This document shows, one piece after another, positions 60,554-64,000 of a stretch of 64,000 nucleotides of DNA (the first letter of the stretch is position 1; each line of letters opens with the position of its first letter). The DNA is from an uncultured Planctomycetota bacterium (lineage in GTDB: Bacteria; Planctomycetota; Phycisphaerae; Tepidisphaerales; Tepidisphaeraceae). The DNA lies in NCBI GenBank assembly GCA_963841915.1, contig CAWJEN010000003.1, positions 96,001 through 160,000 of the forward strand. The letters are read 5' to 3'. Under the pieces are notes generated by a model. That model was not told where the DNA came from, made no database searches, and worked only from the letters and a program-made list of their open reading frames with translations. A program made the position numbers and the translations under genes.

Positions 60554-63283
60554 ATGGGGACGCATGATGATCGCAGCAACTCCATCGGCAGATCAGAGCT
60601 GCTGGTCCTGCGACGCCGCCTGACGCAATTGGAGCGACGCGTCGCTGAACTTGAAGCGGGCGGCTCACTCGCGAGCAAACAACGCGATGTGGAGCTCGAC
60701 GAGCCATCGAATGCTGTCGAACCAGAGATGGCTCTGCAGGTCGAGTCGAAGTTTGCCGAGACGGAGCCTGTGTACGAGGCACCGCCGACTGACATCGATT
60801 TTGTCGAGCCTTACTCGGTGCTACACGATGTCGAGCTGATTGACTATGAGCCACAGGTTGCACCGCCGCCGCCTGTGGCAGAAGGGGCGCTTGAGCAGGC
60901 GATCGGCTTGAAGCTCGCCGGCTGGGCGGGCGGACTCGTGGTCGTGCTCGGTGCTGTTCTCGGCGTGAAGTACGCGTACGACGCCGGCTGGTTCAAGCTG
61001 CTCGCTCCGGAGGTTCGACTCGGGCTCATCCTGATCGGCGGCATCGCGTTGCTGGGCGCGGGCGAGTTCGTGCTTCGTCGACTCGGTAAGCCGGCGGCGG
61101 TCGGACTCTTCGCCAGCGGTGTCGGGACGCTCTTCGTCGCCGCCTACGCCGGGTACGGGTACTTCGGCTTGTACGAAAGCGCGATCGCCTTCGTCGCCAT
61201 GGCTGCGGTCGCCGTCGTCGGGGCTGGTGTTGGCTTGCGTGCGGGCATGTTGAGCGTCGCCGTCCTCGCACAACTCGGCGGACACCTTGCGCCATTGTTG
61301 CTCGGCGGCGAAGCGGACTCACCGACGCCGCTCTTGGCGTTCTTGTTGATGATGGGTCTGGTCGCAGCGGTCCTGTCGTGGCAAGGCGGCGGACGGTGGA
61401 CAGCCCTTCGCTGGGTCGCGCTCGTGCCGACGTCGGTCTGGGTGGTCGCGCTGTATGTCAACGATGCGTCGGAGACGACCCTCTTCGTCTTCTGCCTGCT
61501 GTTCGTCTTGCCGTTCGTGTTGGAGATGCTCGCCGGCACCCGAGGCGAAGAAGGCGACGCTGGGCTTGCAGCTGTTTTCGCCGTCACCCTGGTGGCCGGT
61601 GTCGCCGGTGCCACGCTGGCCACATTTGGCACAAGTGGCCTGGTTCCTGCCGTTTGGCTTGTCGGTGAAGCGGCGGCCTTGGCAGCGCTCTCAGTCGTTG
61701 CCCGCCGCCTGCCCGGGCGCGTCGGGCTTTACGTCACTTTCGTCGCCTGTGCCGCGATTTTGCTGGTGATGTCTGTGCCGGTCGCCTTCGTAGGCGTACA
61801 CGTGGCCGTCGTGTGGGCACTCATGGCGGTCGCGTTCGCAGTGGTCGGCAGCCGCCTGCAGAGCACGTTGGCCCGAATCGTTGCCACCTTGATCTGGATC
61901 GTCACGTGCCTCTACACCGCACAGCGTGTGGACGATGACGTGCTGCTCTCTCTGCAGGGCGTCGACCTTTTGACGCGTACGGCAGTCGGTTTCGGCCTCT
62001 CGATGATCGGCGTCTGCATCGCATGGCTGGCGACGACGAACCCGCCGAAGCCGGACACTTTTGCCTTCTTGAAGCGGCGAGAGCTGTTCCACATCGCCCG
62101 CTGTCTCGCCGCCGCCTCGGCAGCCGTCTGGGTCGTTGCGTCGCTCACCGATCTGCCACCTGCCGTGGCGACGGCGTCACTCGTGGTGTTCGCCTGGCTG
62201 CTCGTTGGTGTCGACGTCATTGTGCCTCGGCTTCGATTGGTCCTCGTCGGCGTGGCTGTACTGCTCGTTGCGCTGGCCAAGTGGGTGCTGATCGACCAGC
62301 TGATTCACCGCCTCTCAGACGGGTGGACGCAGCTGCAGCTGGATTACCTACCGATCTTCAATCCGCTGACGCTGCTCGGAGCGGTTGCCGCCGGCTCGCT
62401 TCCGGCGATCTTTTTCCTTCGCAGGCGGAACCTTGACCGCGTGCTCGATCGCACAGCATCGCACCGTGACAGGACGACGACTGCACTCTGGCTCGCGGCG
62501 GCGTTACTCGCTGTCTTCGGCCTCGGTGCGGCCCTCGAGATCGACCGCATCATCCAGGCAGCCCGCTTCTCCTGGCCGCTGGCAACGTCGCCCGGCCGGG
62601 TTCACGCGCTGTCGATGACCGCCGTCGCCTTGCTTTGCCAGGCAGCACTCGCCGGGTTGATCCTTCGCCTGGTCAAAGATTCGTCGGACCGTGCACGGCG
62701 ATTCAGCCTCATCGCCCTCGTGCCCATCGTGCTGGCGATGAAGTTCGTTCTCTACGACCTCGTCCTGTCAGGTGAAGGCGCGAGCGGTGACCTGCTGCTG
62801 GCAATTCTCAATCCTGAGACGGCCGTCGGTCTCGTGCTGCTCGGCACGCTCACGCTCCACCTATGGCCTGTCGCCCGCAGCGGCCCAGGCGAGCCCGGCC
62901 GCGTTGCGGCAGGTTTCCTCGTCGTCACGTTGCTGACGGTGGGCGTGGTCGTCCTCAGCATCGACCTTTGGCGGCTGCTCGACGGCCTCAGCGTTACACT
63001 GGTCACCCGCCGAGCCGCGGTCTCCATCAGCTGGGCCATCATCGCGTTGGCACTCATCGTCTTTGGCCTGTCGAGGCAAATCGCGGCATTGCGGTACTAC
63101 GGGCTGGCCCTGCTCGCCGTCGCTGCGGCGAAGGTGCTCATTTACGATTTGGCCAGCGTCGACCGCGGCTGGCGAACGTTGTCCTTCATCGCCGTCGGCC
63201 TGCTCATGATCGCCACCAGCGTCGCCTACGCCACCTTCGGCCCGAGGCTGTTGTCGCGGAAACCCGATGAAGTCGCCCAATAG
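60554..63283 (+). CDS. DUF2339 family polytopic membrane protein
   Basis: 'LEQAIGLK.....GG.....G....KYAYD.GW' N-terminus; C-terminal 'KV..YDL......R..SF...G.L'. Confidence 0.85.
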   Translation: MGTHDDRSNSIGRSELLVLRRRLTQLERRVAELEAGGSLASKQRDVELDEPSNAVEPEMALQVESKFAETEPVYEAPPTDIDFVEPYSVLHDVELIDYEPQVAPPPPVAEGALEQAIGLKLAGWAGGLVVVLGAVLGVKYAYDAGWFKLLAPEVRLGLILIGGIALLGAGEFVLRRLGKPAAVGLFASGVGTLFVAAYAGYGYFGLYESAIAFVAMAAVAVVGAGVGLRAGMLSVAVLAQLGGHLAPLLLGGEADSPTPLLAFLLMMGLVAAVLSWQGGGRWTALRWVALVPTSVWVVALYVNDASETTLFVFCLLFVLPFVLEMLAGTRGEEGDAGLAAVFAVTLVAGVAGATLATFGTSGLVPAVWLVGEAAALAALSVVARRLPGRVGLYVTFVACAAILLVMSVPVAFVGVHVAVVWALMAVAFAVVGSRLQSTLARIVATLIWIVTCLYTAQRVDDDVLLSLQGVDLLTRTAVGFGLSMIGVCIAWLATTNPPKPDTFAFLKRRELFHIARCLAAASAAVWVVASLTDLPPAVATASLVVFAWLLVGVDVIVPRLRLVLVGVAVLLVALAKWVLIDQLIHRLSDGWTQLQLDYLPIFNPLTLLGAVAAGSLPAIFFLRRRNLDRVLDRTASHRDRTTTALWLAAALLAVFGLGAALEIDRIIQAARFSWPLATSPGRVHALSMTAVALLCQAALAGLILRLVKDSSDRARRFSLIALVPIVLAMKFVLYDLVLSGEGASGDLLLAILNPETAVGLVLLGTLTLHLWPVARSGPGEPGRVAAGFLVVTLLTVGVVVLSIDLWRLLDGLSVTLVTRRAAVSISWAIIALALIVFGLSRQIAALRYYGLALLAVAAAKVLIYDLASVDRGWRTLSFIAVGLLMIATSVAYATFGPRLLSRKPDEVAQ

Positions 63284-63292
63284 TGTTAAGCC

Positions 63293-64000
63293 TTGGTAGA
63301 TCTTGCCACACCACTGACGGAGCTGGAGGGCGTCGGCCCGAAGAAGGAGGCGGCATTGCGCAAGCTCGGGCTCGCCACCCTTGGCGACCTTATTGACTAC
63401 CTGCCGCGCGACTATCAATTCGAGTCCGGCGAGCGGGGTGTCGACGAACTCGTCGCGGAACAAATCCAGACCGTTCGCGGCGAGGTTGTCGCCAGCGACT
63501 TCATTCCTGGCCGTCCACGATCGCGATTCGAAGCCACGGTCAAAGACGTCAAGACCGGCGAGGTGCTTGCCTGCGTCTGGTTCAACGCCGGCTGGATGCG
63601 TGGCAAGCTCACGCCTGGCATGCACATCCGTGCCCGCGGCAAGGTCCGTCACTTCCGCGGCATCCCGCAGATGGCGAACCCGAAGTGGGAAGAGGTCGAC
63701 GACGACACCGATGCCATCGAGGAGAACACCTTTCGCCCGATCTACGCCGCAACTGCCGGGCTGCCGAGCGAGCAGATCGAGAAGCTTGTCAGCGATCACG
63801 TCGAACTTGCCGCCGCCAGGCTCGACGAGTGGTTTCCCGCCGACTTTCTCGAACACCGCCACCTGCTCTCGCGTGGCGACGCCTACCGCAAGATCCACAA
63901 GCCCGACCACGCCGCCGACGCTGCCGAGGCTCGCCGTCGCGTGGTCTACGACGAGCTCATGCTCCTGCAGCTCGGCCTTGCCGTCACGCGTCGCCTGCGC
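63293..64000 (+). CDS. recG: ATP-dependent DNA helicase RecG, 3'-truncated by window edge
   Basis: Manual translation: LEGVGPKK..LRKLGL.TLGDL..LPRDY, WFN, PIY..TAGL, IHKP, ARRRVVYDEL..LQL. Confidence 0.9.
   Translation, partial: MVDLATPLTELEGVGPKKEAALRKLGLATLGDLIDYLPRDYQFESGERGVDELVAEQIQTVRGEVVASDFIPGRPRSRFEATVKDVKTGEVLACVWFNAGWMRGKLTPGMHIRARGKVRHFRGIPQMANPKWEEVDDDTDAIEENTFRPIYAATAGLPSEQIEKLVSDHVELAAARLDEWFPADFLEHRHLLSRGDAYRKIHKPDHAADAAEARRRVVYDELMLLQLGLAVTRRLR

Overview
A GC-rich, tightly packed chromosomal segment with about 50 CDS. It is most likely from a Planctomycetota genome, probably Phycisphaerae; this is inferred from a Planctomycete-type 'LEDRRLLA' export signature, two PEP-CTERM proteins and a CxxCGY..CPECG membrane zinc-finger protein. 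Most genes are housekeeping: pgi, ligA, ugd, a WecA-like transferase, cstA, an NtrC-type regulator, PPi-type pfk, hflX, hemB, mscL, dnaG-rpoD, mgtE, radA, two clpP and a partial recG. There is also a carbohydrate block (GH2, PA14/propeller/ThuA protein, ABC exporter, clan-A glycoside hydrolase/GT2 fusion). I found no rRNA, tRNA, CRISPR array, transposase or prophage. The most notable signals are: (1) four parS palindromes, two of them sitting on a putative -10 box and GTG start codon; (2) TAnnnT hexamers 5-8 nt upstream of about 21 start codons that lack an obvious Shine-Dalgarno, suggesting widespread leaderless mRNA, including a 24-bp bidirectional promoter; (3) a 78-bp palindromic element inserted in frame in cstA; (4) a GH-A/GT2 fusion beside an ABC exporter, resembling NdvAB glucan systems; (5) a ClpP pair in which one paralog has Asn in place of the catalytic Asp; (6) a LigA with a duplicated zinc finger. 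All product calls come from motif recognition by eye, not from database searches.
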